A stretch of DNA of 63,635 bases, from assembly GCA_964600935.1 (NCBI GenBank), contig CAZRMH010000001.1:1-63635 (forward strand). Reading direction: 5' to 3'. A program made the position numbers and the translations under genes. The stretch is from an uncultured Candidatus Obscuribacterales bacterium (GTDB taxonomy: Bacteria; Cyanobacteriota; Vampirovibrionia; Obscuribacterales; Obscuribacteraceae). Below, piece after piece: positions 55,177-63,635 of this stretch. Under the pieces are notes generated by a model. That model was not told the origin of the DNA and made no database searches. It worked only from the letters and a program-made list of their open reading frames with translations. Within the stretch, counting starts at the first letter, position 1. Each line of letters begins with the position of its first letter.

Positions 55177-56202
55177 ATGGCAAAAGTAGCAATTAACGGA
55201 TTTGGCAGAATCGGGCGCAACGTCTTCCGCGCCTATCTGTTGAGCCTGCCCAAAGAATTTGAAATCGTCGCTATCAACGATCCTTTCCAAACACTCGAGC
55301 AATCCGCTCACCTTCTTAAGTACGATTCAGTACTTGGCGAGATGAAAGACCACAACATCGCGCACACTGCTGAAGCCCTGACCATCGATGGCAAAACAAT
55401 CCACTTCTCAACCGAGAAAGATCCAGCCAACTGCCCCTGGAAGAAACTCAACATCGACATCGTTCTCGAATGCTCGGGCGCGTTTACCGATGCTGAAAAA
55501 GCCAAAGCGCACATCACCGCTGGCGCAAAGAAAGTCCTCATCTCCGCTCCAGCGAAGGGTGAAGACGTCACCATCGTTCTCGGCGTAAATGACAAAAATT
55601 ACGATCCAGAAAAACATCACATCATCTCGAACGCCAGCTGCACCACCAACTGCCTCGCTCCAGTAGCAAAAGCAATTGATGATGAGTTCGGAATCGAACA
55701 AGGTTTGATGACCACGATCCACAGCTACACACTCGACCAACGCCTTCTCGACACCGCTCACAGCGATTTGAGACGCGCAAGAGCCGCTGCTGTTTCGATG
55801 ATTCCTTCGAGCACCGGCGCTGCCAAAGCAATCGGTCTCGTAATGCCTCACTTGAAAGGCAAATTGAATGGCTTCGCAATGCGGGTGCCTACGCCTAATG
55901 TCAGCGTTGTCGACCTTGTCGTCACCTGCAAAAAGCCAGTAACCGTTGAGTCCGTCAACGCTGCAATTGCTAAAGCAACTTCAGCTGGTTTGAAAAACTA
56001 CCTCGGCGTCGCTCCAGCTCCACTGGTATCATGCGACTTCCAGGGCAACAAGCTCTCCTCAATCGTTGATGCTGATTTGACGATGGTGGTCGGAGAAAAC
56101 ATGGTCAAAGTTATCGCCTGGTATGACAATGAATGGGGCTACAGCAACCGTTTGGCAGAACTCTGCTCACTCGTTGCCAGCAAGCTCGCAGTCAAAGTCT
56201 AA
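55177..56202 (+). CDS. gap: glyceraldehyde-3-phosphate dehydrogenase
   Basis: MAKVAINGFGRIGR, SNASCTTNCL and WYDNEWGYS. An AAGGAG SD lies 10 nt upstream of the ATG at 55177. Confidence 0.95.
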   Translation: MAKVAINGFGRIGRNVFRAYLLSLPKEFEIVAINDPFQTLEQSAHLLKYDSVLGEMKDHNIAHTAEALTIDGKTIHFSTEKDPANCPWKKLNIDIVLECSGAFTDAEKAKAHITAGAKKVLISAPAKGEDVTIVLGVNDKNYDPEKHHIISNASCTTNCLAPVAKAIDDEFGIEQGLMTTIHSYTLDQRLLDTAHSDLRRARAAAVSMIPSSTGAAKAIGLVMPHLKGKLNGFAMRVPTPNVSVVDLVVTCKKPVTVESVNAAIAKATSAGLKNYLGVAPAPLVSCDFQGNKLSSIVDADLTMVVGENMVKVIAWYDNEWGYSNRLAELCSLVASKLAVKV

Positions 56203-56222
56203 ATCAGACTAAAACCAATTGA

Positions 56223-56255
56223 GGGCGAGGCGATCAAAAGCCTCGCCCTTAGTTC
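56223..56255 (+). terminator. terminator after gap
   Basis: GGGCGAGGC-GATCAAAA-GCCTCGCCC followed by TTAGTTCATTTG. Confidence 0.65.
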
Positions 56256-56440
56256 ATTTGCGTATCGCCAAACCGTTTAGTTTGACACCTTGCGCGACAA
56301 ATACTCGAATTCACTTTCGAAAAATAATTTCTGATCCGACAATATTACCCAATCGAGCAATGACGTTTAACTGAGTCAAAGCACAAAAAGAGAATCATCG
56401 AAACCCGCGTCTCATCCGGCTGTTCAAAGGACTGAAAACA

Positions 56441-57682
56441 ATGAAGCAAAGCATCGCCAACGTCAAAGAAGATGTGTTCAAAAACAAAAGAGTTCTCGTC
56501 AGAGTGGACTTCAACGTTCCACAAGACAAGAAAGATGGCTCTATAACCGATGATTCGAGAATCAGAGCAGCGCTTCCGACAATCGAACGCTTGATTGCAG
56601 CAGAAGCAAAAGTCATCCTGGTATCACATCTTGGTCGTCCGGATGGAAAGCGCGTTGAGAAACTGACATTGGCTCCAATAGCCGATCGGCTGAAAGAATT
56701 GCTTAACAATAAAGCAGAAGTAAAAGTCGATTTTGTAAAAGAAACCGTTGGCGCTGAAGTGGAAAACAAAATCAAAGAGATGAAGGCCGGTGACGTGCTC
56801 CTCCTCGAGAACGTCCGCTTCCATGCCGGTGAAGAAGAAAACGATGCGGAATTCGTCAAACAACTCGCGGCTCTTGCCGATGTTTACGTCAACGACGCGT
56901 TTGGAACGGCCCACCGCGCACACGCCAGCACCGAAGGAGTCGCTCATCACGTTCGTCCAGCGCTCGCCGGTATGCTGATGGACAGAGAAATCAAGATGCT
57001 CAATCAAGCTCTCGACAATCCAGCCAGACCGGTTGCCACCATCATTGGTGGTTCAAAAGTCTCATCAAAAATCGGAGTTTTGGATAACCTGATCGAGAAG
57101 GTCGACATCATCATCATCGGTGGTGCAATGGCTTTCACGTTCTTGAAAGCTCAAGGTTTAAACGTCGGCAAATCGCTCGTTGAAGACGATCGCATGGATT
57201 ACTGCAAAGAACTAGAAAAGAAAGCCAAAGAGAAAGGCGTTCGCATTATTCTTCCTGAAGACGTTGTTGTCGCGACTGAGATGAAAGAGGGCGCAACGGC
57301 TACAACTGTGGATATCGACAAAATTCCGGCCGATCAAATGGGATTGGACATCGGACCGAAGTCGATCAAAACGGTGAACGAAGCCCTCGACACTTGCAAA
57401 ACCATCCTCTGGAACGGACCTCCCGGAGTGTTCGAAATTGCCGGTTTCGACAAAGGCACCAACGACCTGATCGATAAACTCGTAACGCTCACCCGCAAAG
57501 GCGCCAAGACGATCGTCGGCGGCGGCGATTCGGTTTCCGCTCTGCAAAAACGCAGCGTCCCTGCCGATGCGCTCACCCACGTCAGCACCGGTGGCGGTGC
57601 CTCACTGGAATTCCTCGAAGGTATCGAACTGCCAGGCATCAAGTGCCTGGACGCCGCAACGCCGGCCGGTAAAACAAACTAG
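56441..57682 (+). CDS. pgk: phosphoglycerate kinase
   Basis: RVDFNVP...DD.RI, SHLGRP and GGGDS...[11 protein letters not shown]. Confidence 0.95.
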   Translation: MKQSIANVKEDVFKNKRVLVRVDFNVPQDKKDGSITDDSRIRAALPTIERLIAAEAKVILVSHLGRPDGKRVEKLTLAPIADRLKELLNNKAEVKVDFVKETVGAEVENKIKEMKAGDVLLLENVRFHAGEEENDAEFVKQLAALADVYVNDAFGTAHRAHASTEGVAHHVRPALAGMLMDREIKMLNQALDNPARPVATIIGGSKVSSKIGVLDNLIEKVDIIIIGGAMAFTFLKAQGLNVGKSLVEDDRMDYCKELEKKAKEKGVRIILPEDVVVATEMKEGATATTVDIDKIPADQMGLDIGPKSIKTVNEALDTCKTILWNGPPGVFEIAGFDKGTNDLIDKLVTLTRKGAKTIVGGGDSVSALQKRSVPADALTHVSTGGGASLEFLEGIELPGIKCLDAATPAGKTN

Positions 57683-57761
57683 TAATAGTTTCGATCAGGA
57701 GCGTTTTGCAACCAGATCAATCGATTCCGTTCCAACAAAAATTACTCATTCTTAGTTTCAA

Positions 57762-57785
57762 ATGTCCTCTCAAATGGGAGGACAT
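57762..57785 (+). other. 8-bp perfect hairpin about 80 nt after pgk (no U-tract)
   Basis: ATGTCCTC-TCAAATGG-GAGGACAT. It overlaps the start of a possible 26-codon ORF (57762-57842, MSSQMGGHGLGEIHMIHVHESTGPWN). Confidence 0.3.
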
Positions 57786-58086
57786 GGACTTGGAGAGATA
57801 CATATGATTCATGTGCATGAGTCAACCGGCCCATGGAATTGAAACTTTCGATCGAAGTCTCACGTGCCTTCCAGAACGACTGAAAAGCGACTTATCCGTC
57901 CTTTTCCGATTCCGAAAAAACGTCCCTGGTGACCGAAACACCGCCATGGGGACGATCGGCTCATAGTATTGTTTTTAAAACTCTGCTCGTAATCGGCGAT
58001 TTTTGCCTGGTCTCGGTCGATTCTCCCAAATCGATGAATTCGCTGTTTATCCACAAGCATCTTCAGTGCTTTTAAGATCTGACCGG

Positions 58087-58125
58087 CTTACAACAAAATG
58101 GAGAATCAATAGAGGCCGCTCAAAT
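58087..58125 (+). repeat. 39-nt repeat copy 1 (CTTACAACAAAATGGAGAATCAATAGAGGCCGCTCAAAT)
   Basis: About 36 of 40 aligned positions are identical to 62904-62943. Contains ATG GAG AAT CAA TAG (58098-58112). Confidence 0.6.
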
Positions 58126-58170
58126 CACCAACAAATAGATCGATTGAGAATCTTGAGCAGGAAGCGAAAC

Positions 58171-59142
58171 CTAAGCCAGCTTCTGCGGAGCGCCACTAAC
58201 AATCGCGTTCTTCACGGCATCAAGCACTTTCATCTGATTGACAGCATCAGCAACATCAATCTCAAGAGCCGTGTCATCAAGAACACACTCAGAAAAATGT
58301 TCGAACAAATTGACATAGTGATTTGCTGGCGGCAAAACAATCTCATCGTCGTTTAAATAAATCACGGCTTGTTCAAAAGGCTGCCAGGCTCGCGGAAAGA
58401 TGATGGCGCCTAAATCTCCAACGATTTCCATTTCAGTACGATAGGGCAGATGAAAACCGAAATCGATCACCGCGCGACCTTTCGGGAAATCCAATATCGC
58501 ACTAGCGTTGGTATCGACCCCGTGCTCCGGGTGAATTTGTCCACTAGCGAAAACGCTGATGGGTTCTTGCTCGAAGTAATACCGAGCACCGCTGATAGGA
58601 TAACATCCCACATCGAGCAGACTGCCACCGCCGAGATTTTTATCTAAACGAATTCCAGCTTTCGCCGTCATCATATATGTGAAAGAAGCTCGGATGAAAC
58701 GCACTTCACCGATTACTCCATCGTCAATCAGCTTCTTAGCCGTTCGATGTTGCGGATGGAACGGCCACATGAGCGCTTCCATCACTTTCAATTCGCTGCT
58801 CTCCGCGGCTTCCGCCACGCGCTGAGCATCTTCGAGATTGGTCGCAAAAGGTTTTTCAGCTAAAACATGCTTACCTTTTGCCAGCGCGGCCAACGTCCAC
58901 TCAGCGTGCATGGAATTTGGCAGTGGAATATGAACGGCTTCGATCTCTTTGTCGTCGAGCAACTGTTCATACGATGCGTAAGATTTCTTGAGTCCAAACT
59001 GCTCTTGAAACTTCTGCGCCTTTTCGAGCGAACGACTGGCGACGCCGACCAACTCAACATTCGGAGCTTGCATCATGGCCGGTATGCTGCGCCGACGCGC
59101 AAAACCAGACCCACCAAGAATTCCCCACTTCACTAATCGCAT
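58171..59142 (-). CDS. Gfo/Idh/MocA-family NAD(P)-dependent oxidoreductase
   Basis: The N-terminal Rossmann motif VKWGILGGSGFARRR and the EKP motif (VLAEKPFA) are present. Confidence 0.85.
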   Translation of the reverse strand: MRLVKWGILGGSGFARRRSIPAMMQAPNVELVGVASRSLEKAQKFQEQFGLKKSYASYEQLLDDKEIEAVHIPLPNSMHAEWTLAALAKGKHVLAEKPFATNLEDAQRVAEAAESSELKVMEALMWPFHPQHRTAKKLIDDGVIGEVRFIRASFTYMMTAKAGIRLDKNLGGGSLLDVGCYPISGARYYFEQEPISVFASGQIHPEHGVDTNASAILDFPKGRAVIDFGFHLPYRTEMEIVGDLGAIIFPRAWQPFEQAVIYLNDDEIVLPPANHYVNLFEHFSECVLDDTALEIDVADAVNQMKVLDAVKNAIVSGAPQKLA

Positions 59143-59343
59143 CGATGCACCTCAGCTCTGGAATTTATTCCCGAATCGCCCTGCGTCAGGCAGAGCTTTC
59201 ATAGGAATTAATCCAGCAGTTCCTGTTTGAGTTTAGGCTAACAATAGCGCGATGCGAGCTCTTGATGTCCTTAACTTTAAATTCGCTCCAACCATCACAC
59301 CAATTTCAAACTTTCGTGTTCAAATGTAGGTCATATCAAGCAA

Positions 59344-60456
59344 ATGAAATTCACAGCAACACCCAATCGGCATAAACAGAATCAGGCTCTCGTAGGGGCC
59401 GTTAGTTTCCTTGCTGCGATGATTATCACCCCGCACGCCGCGCTGGCTGAAGAACGATATGAATACTCGATGAACGGCAAACCAGTTTCGCAAGAAGCCT
59501 ATGACTCGTTCAATAAAGGTCGGCAGCTGTTGCGCGTTAACAACAACTCTGATGCAGCAACACTTTTAAAAAGAGCGGCAGAATTGATGCCGGATAACGC
59601 GGATGTTCATCATACTTATGCAGTCGCCTTAGCCAAAGCCGGACAGTCGAGTGCGGCTATACAAGAACTGCAAACAGCACTTTCTCTAAATTCGAATGCC
59701 GCAGCAACTTGGATGACGCTCGGCGGGCTCTATCAATCCACCGGACAACTAGACAAAGCAATCGAATCTTACAAAGGCTTTTTAAGCCGTTTTCCAACAG
59801 ATAAGGATGCGAAAAAAATCTCCGGCCTGGTCAGTGGCTTAGAAGCGGAGCGCGCAAGACAGCAAGCGATCTTCGCGCAAACCGGCGTCAACCCGAACGA
59901 CGATCGCGACTACTTCGTGGAAGTGACGCGCGATGGCGTCATTCGCTGGTCTGCGCAGCAGATGCCTTTGCGAGTTTTTATCACCAATGGTGATGCCACT
60001 CCAGGATATCGTCCGCAATTCGCAGATTTGCTCAAACAGTCTTTCGCCAGTTGGAGCCAGGCTTCCAGTGGGTTAGTGAGCTTCTCTCTCGTTGATAATA
60101 TCGATCAAGCTCAAATCGTTTGCCTGTGGTCGAACGATCCTGCAAAATTTAAAAACATCGCCGAAGCTGGGCATGCAGTGCTCGATACGACTAGAAACGG
60201 TTTAGTCAAAGGCACAATCACACTGCTCACTGTTCCACTGGTCGAACAACTTCCACTCACCGATAACCGCATGAGAAGAGGCTGTTTGCATGAGATTGGA
60301 CATGTGCTCGGTCTGGCGGGACACACATCGAATCCGGACGACGCAATGTTCTACTCGATGAGCGTGGACGATAAGTGGAAAGATCTGAGTGTCCGAGACG
60401 CCAACACCATTGTTCGGCTGTATTCCAAACCAGCGGCGACCAGCAGCCAGCGCTAG
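59344..60456 (+). CDS. exported TPR protein fused to a matrixin-like (HExxHxxGxxH) zinc metalloprotease domain
   Basis: Signal peptide, TPR units, then HEIGHVLGLAGH. Confidence 0.75.
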   Translation: MKFTATPNRHKQNQALVGAVSFLAAMIITPHAALAEERYEYSMNGKPVSQEAYDSFNKGRQLLRVNNNSDAATLLKRAAELMPDNADVHHTYAVALAKAGQSSAAIQELQTALSLNSNAAATWMTLGGLYQSTGQLDKAIESYKGFLSRFPTDKDAKKISGLVSGLEAERARQQAIFAQTGVNPNDDRDYFVEVTRDGVIRWSAQQMPLRVFITNGDATPGYRPQFADLLKQSFASWSQASSGLVSFSLVDNIDQAQIVCLWSNDPAKFKNIAEAGHAVLDTTRNGLVKGTITLLTVPLVEQLPLTDNRMRRGCLHEIGHVLGLAGHTSNPDDAMFYSMSVDDKWKDLSVRDANTIVRLYSKPAATSSQR

Positions 60457-60608
60457 TCTTAACATACGATGCCTTCCAATTTGCTTGAAGGCTGTTCTAC
60501 TAGGGCTCGTCAAACTTAGAACTTTTAAATGTAAAGAGCAAAGCGGGCGGGTTCGCTATTACACTGTATCCAGCTCATACTTGTATAAGTTGATCAGAAG
60601 AGGCAACC

Positions 60609-62000
60609 TTGGCGAACCAAATAGATTCATCGGGCGGGACCAGCGGTAGTCCCAGCAAGTTCCGGCTTGCCTTGTCCGGCTTGGCTGTTTGCCTCACTGT
60701 CTTCGCCACATCGCTCGGCGTTGCATCGATAATCTTTCCGTTGAAAGCGGGTTCGAAGGACACTGTAGCCAACAGAGTTCAAAACGCAACCACGAGAATT
60801 TCGGATGCACTACAGGCGGTGCCGGTCTATCCAAAGTTAAAAGATCGGTTGAATGTGCTCGTCATGGGTGTTGATTGGAACGGTACTGAAGCTGAACGCT
60901 ATCAAGGCAATCGCTCTGACACCATGATGCTCGTAAGTCTGGATCCTGATCACGACAAAGTCGGCATCATCTCAATTCCCAGAGACAGCCAGGTCGCGAT
61001 CGGAAGACACACAAATAAGATCAATCAGGCGCATGCAATCGGCGGACCAGAACTGGCAGTTGAAACTGTTCGCGAAAACTTCGGGATTCCAGTCGACAAC
61101 TACGTCGTCGTAGACACCGTCGGTTTAAAAGATTTGTTCAAACTACTCGGACCTGTCGAAGTAGTAGTCGAAAAAGAAATGCACTACGAGGATAAAACCT
61201 CTGGTTTAAAAATCGATTTAAAACCAGGAAAACAGATGCTCGATGCAGACCAAGCTGAAGGCTACGTGCGCTTCCGCAAAGATGCATTCGCAGACATCGG
61301 TCGTATGGAACGACAACAATGGTTCCTTCGCCAATCGATGAACAAACTCAAAGACCCTGCGATATTGCTCAAGGCACCGCAACTTCTAAGCGCCGGCTAT
61401 AAGTGCGTTAAGACCGACATTCCAGCGAACACCATCGCAGAAATTCTTTCTTTCGCTAAAGATCTCAAGGGCGGCTCAATCGTCACTGCAACATTGCCCG
61501 GTCAGGGTGAAACCATAGACGGTGTCAACTATTTCATCCTGAATCAAAAAGGCACGAGCGCCATTTTCGAAAGATTCTGCCTGGTTGCCCCAGAACCACT
61601 GAGTCGTCGTCAGCGTGACGAAATTGCTCATGACGAAGAGACGCTGCGCAAGAAAACCAGAATCACCATCCGCTATAAAGAATCGATTGCCGAACGAGCA
61701 GATTCGATTACGGCAAAACTAAAGGAAGCCGGTTGGCGCGTTCGTCAGATTGAAACTCGCCTGGATAATGATTGTCAGCACGCTCAACTAGACCTGCATA
61801 CCCGACGTGCAACAGCGGAAGTGATCGATCTGATTAAGAACGACCTGCCGGCCGTTGCAGAGTGGCCAGTTGTGGTCAAATATGACGGCACAGGTTCCGA
61901 CATCTCAGTCGTGCTCCCAGCGCCTAACAAAGTCGGCATGGAAGGCGCCACGGCAGCAGTTCCCCCCGAAAGCGATGCCGTTGAGACACAAGTTCAATAG
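60609..62000 (+). CDS. LytR-CpsA-Psr (LCP) family protein with a C-terminal LytR_C-like domain
   Basis: One TM segment, then RSDTMMLVSLDPDHDKVGIISIPRDS and YVRFRKD motifs. TTG start (uncertain). Confidence 0.8.
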   Translation: MANQIDSSGGTSGSPSKFRLALSGLAVCLTVFATSLGVASIIFPLKAGSKDTVANRVQNATTRISDALQAVPVYPKLKDRLNVLVMGVDWNGTEAERYQGNRSDTMMLVSLDPDHDKVGIISIPRDSQVAIGRHTNKINQAHAIGGPELAVETVRENFGIPVDNYVVVDTVGLKDLFKLLGPVEVVVEKEMHYEDKTSGLKIDLKPGKQMLDADQAEGYVRFRKDAFADIGRMERQQWFLRQSMNKLKDPAILLKAPQLLSAGYKCVKTDIPANTIAEILSFAKDLKGGSIVTATLPGQGETIDGVNYFILNQKGTSAIFERFCLVAPEPLSRRQRDEIAHDEETLRKKTRITIRYKESIAERADSITAKLKEAGWRVRQIETRLDNDCQHAQLDLHTRRATAEVIDLIKNDLPAVAEWPVVVKYDGTGSDISVVLPAPNKVGMEGATAAVPPESDAVETQVQ

Positions 62001-62201
62001 TTCAAACCCAGTCTCAGGCGAAACGAAAAAACTTCTAGCATCTGAACGTTTTTTGGCATCCCGAGCGTTTTAGCACCGCAATGGTCTATAGATGCGTCAG
62101 CGTTTTCTGAGAACTCACGGACTGCCGAAGAAAAAACTAGATAGTTCCAAGGAAACGCAGCATCGCGAATTACTTCAGTTCCTTCTCGGTACATTGATAG
62201 A

Positions 62202-62363
62202 GTGCAAAACCCTCCCACACCGCGCAAACCGTATTCCCCACTATGGCTCATAGCCATAGTGCTTACAATGCTTGCGATTTCGTTCGGACTCTGGTTTGGA
62301 TTAGACGAAGTACTCAAAGAATTCTGGGAACATCAGGTCGACGATAAAACCGGCATTTTCTAG
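62202..62363 (+). CDS. possible 53-aa single-TM small protein
   Basis: Found by hand; it falls below the track length cutoff. From a GTG it reads VQNPPTPRKPYSPLWLIAIVLTMLAISFGLWFGLDEVLKEFWEHQVDDKTGIF. Composition is protein-like but the SD is weak. Confidence 0.3.
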   Translation: MQNPPTPRKPYSPLWLIAIVLTMLAISFGLWFGLDEVLKEFWEHQVDDKTGIF

Positions 62364-62418
62364 CGCCTGGCGGACTTGTGCCAGCACGCATTTGACTCGA
62401 TGGGAATTCTACGATGCA

Positions 62419-62433
62419 GGGGGGAATCCCCCC
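62419..62433. repeat. GGGGGG-AAT-CCCCCC hairpin/inverted repeat
   Basis: Read directly. It lies between the two small + strand ORFs. Confidence 0.4.
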
Positions 62434-62512
62434 AGTTGTTCGAGAGGTTAGCAAAACATAAACTCTATTGCACAACACCCCATTGAGCTGTAACCCGGCA
62501 GCGAGGCACAAA

Positions 62513-62749
62513 ATGACAATGTTCAGAGACCCTAGAGATGAAGACCGACTCTGCCAAGTACTCAAGGCATATGTAGAAGAATGGGGTCCGGAGAACGTCA
62601 TAGTTTCCGTGCCATCACACTGGAGCGAGTACAGCACTAACAGCCTCGGTCGAGTGCGACTCGAGTTCGCGACCCAGAACACCGTGTCAATCCGAGTCGA
62701 GTACGACTTCGTCAGATTGAAATACGACGTGGCGCTACAAGCCGCGTAG
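62513..62749 (+). CDS. hypothetical 78-aa protein
   Basis: ATG at 62513 is preceded by GAGG with 6-nt spacing. Composition is protein-like (MTMFRDPRDEDRLCQVLKAYVEEWGPENV...). A strong terminator follows. Confidence 0.5.
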   Translation: MTMFRDPRDEDRLCQVLKAYVEEWGPENVIVSVPSHWSEYSTNSLGRVRLEFATQNTVSIRVEYDFVRLKYDVALQAA

Positions 62750-62784
62750 ACAAAGCTTTCACCGGTTCTTTCCTCCAATTGTTT

Positions 62785-62816
62785 GAAGCCCTGTGGTGGG
62801 GCTTCTTTCGCTTTTT
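62785..62816 (+). terminator. rho-independent terminator
   Basis: GAAGCCC-TGTGGTG-GGGCTTC followed by TTTCGCTTTTT. Confidence 0.7.
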
Positions 62817-62903
62817 AGGATGGTAAACCACCCCGCTGCGCTCACAGGTTTCGCGCTCAACGTTTATAGACGAGCATACGCAGAGATTCGCAGGTGTTTT
62901 GCA

Positions 62904-62943
62904 CTAACAACAAAAATGGAGAATCAATAAAGGGCGCTCAAAT
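62904..62943 (+). repeat. 40-nt repeat copy 2 (CTAACAACAAAAATGGAGAATCAATAAAGGGCGCTCAAAT)
   Basis: Partner of 58087-58125. Contains ATG GAG AAT CAA TAA (62916-62930). Its 3' end overlaps the ATG at 62942. Confidence 0.6.
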
Positions 62944-63238
62944 GCATTGGCCGAACATTTTGAAAACTCATGAGTTATCGCACGAAGAGAGCTCGTTTCG
63001 AGGAATTCCGAGAGTTTCACGTTGGTATAGAATTCATGAAAGCGTTTTCGACATTGCTAATCAGAGCAAACCGGCACACGGCTGCAACTGGATTCGTGCG
63101 AGGGAACTGGAATTGACCATCTTAGCGACTGAGATTTCTGTGGTCGGATTACAGTACACAACTATTGGAGAACAAACAATTCCAGTTTCAAACAAACCAG
63201 TCCTTGCGAATATTTACCCCGAGCAGACAGGCGCATGA
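62942..63238 (+). CDS. hypothetical 98-aa protein
   Basis: From an ATG with AAGGG 7 nt upstream: MHWPNILKTHELSHEESSFRG.... The track ORF starts earlier (62894) and reads through the repeat. No recognised motif. Confidence 0.4.
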   Translation: MHWPNILKTHELSHEESSFRGIPRVSRWYRIHESVFDIANQSKPAHGCNWIRARELELTILATEISVVGLQYTTIGEQTIPVSNKPVLANIYPEQTGA

Positions 63239-63306
63239 CCCGGCAAGCAATTCAACGTAAATCATAGATTCAGACCTAATTATCGATGATGCGTTGCCTA
63301 GACGTC

Positions 63307-63635
63307 TTAAGCCTTCGCTTTCATTTTCATCCATTTGTCGACATCAACACCGGGGACCAGGTCTGCTTCAAAAACGGAGACTTTTGCTTTGCAGAGATCC
63401 TTATACATTGCGTTTGTCATAATCATCCACGCCCAATAGTCGCTCTCCGTCGCAAGAGACACTATTCGCCGAAGGTCTCCGCGAGTCTCAAGAGCCTTGT
63501 TATAGAATGCAACAATGTCATCAATGTCCTCAACCGGAAGATCGATTGTTTCACCACCCGCGGTACCAAGTACAAACTTGAACGGTTTTTCCCAAAAATT
63601 GCGAACTCCAGCAAATCGCTATTCAACGCACCCCC
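63307..63635 (-). pseudogene. protein-like open frame lacking a usable start; possibly a frameshifted gene running off the window
   Basis: The frame ending at TAA (63307-63309) reads ...NFWEKPFKFVLGTAGGETIDLPVEDIDDIVAFYNKALETRGDL...WMKMKAKA. It is closed by a TAG at about 63617. A neighbouring frame is open from the window edge (GALNSDLLEFAIFGK). Homopolymer runs occur at about 63585-63600. Confidence 0.25.

Noticed and set aside
62402-62433. GGGAATTC...GGGGGGAATCCCCCC resembles a eukaryotic NF-kB/Rel site.
   Set aside because: This has no relevance in a bacterial context. I kept it only as a simple G6/C6 hairpin.
61994-62778. Two minus-strand ORFs (107 and 154 aa) with a TTGA overlap.
   Set aside because: They are S/T/R/C-rich and non-protein-like, with TTG starts. 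The + strand alternatives have an SD and a + strand terminator. This is unresolved without expression data.
1-63635. I looked for CRISPR arrays, IS elements or transposases, integrases, reverse transcriptases, rRNA, tRNA, tmRNA, RNase P and SRP RNA signatures, and common riboswitch cores.
   Set aside because: None was recognised by eye. Absence cannot be proven without tRNAscan, Infernal or repeat finders.

Overview
This 63.6 kb window looks like chromosomal DNA with dense, mostly housekeeping coding on both strands. I found no rRNA or tRNA genes, CRISPR arrays, transposases or integrases by eye.

Recognisable core genes:
- Nucleotide and amino-acid metabolism: thyA, folA, aat and a c-type cytochrome (same-strand run), rocA-type P5C dehydrogenase.
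- Transcription and respiration: a group-1 sigma factor, System II cytochrome c maturation genes ccsB and ccsA, a polyprenyl-PP synthase.
- DNA and envelope: ruvC, an lnt-like gene, an LCP protein.
- Central carbon: gap, pgk, trehalase, an Nfu protein.
- Transport: an RND heavy-metal pump.

The window is also rich in TPR proteins, Hanks-type kinases and membrane-anchored sensor-like proteins. The gene content (CcsA/CcsB, YlqD, LOX-type hydroxy-acid oxidase, many TPR proteins and kinases) fits a cyanobacteria-related or Melainabacteria-like diderm. That is only an inference; no search was run.

The best candidate for an undescribed system is the central block at 26.2-32.1 kb:
- Two paralogous polytopic kinases with a non-canonical HRDxTPDN catalytic loop.
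- A MOSC gene translationally coupled to them.
- A Nei glycosylase with a split zinc finger and an extra C-terminal winged-helix-like (DUF3253-like) domain.
- A perfect 19-bp palindrome immediately upstream of the block.

Secondary candidates:
- A five-gene minus-strand operon at 37.9-44.4 kb: cNMP-TrxR-like, 2OG oxygenase-like, aspartase-family lyase with an altered SS loop, ALDH, alpha/beta hydrolase.
- An lnt homologue with no Cys at the nucleophile position.
- A possible AbiTii-like ORF.
- A small-ORF island at 62.0-63.2 kb.
- Several short two-copy intergenic motifs, including a 40-nt repeat carrying a conserved MENQ mini-ORF.

All family calls come from motif recognition by eye. Start codons are often uncertain. 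No database searches, folding energies or statistics were computed.
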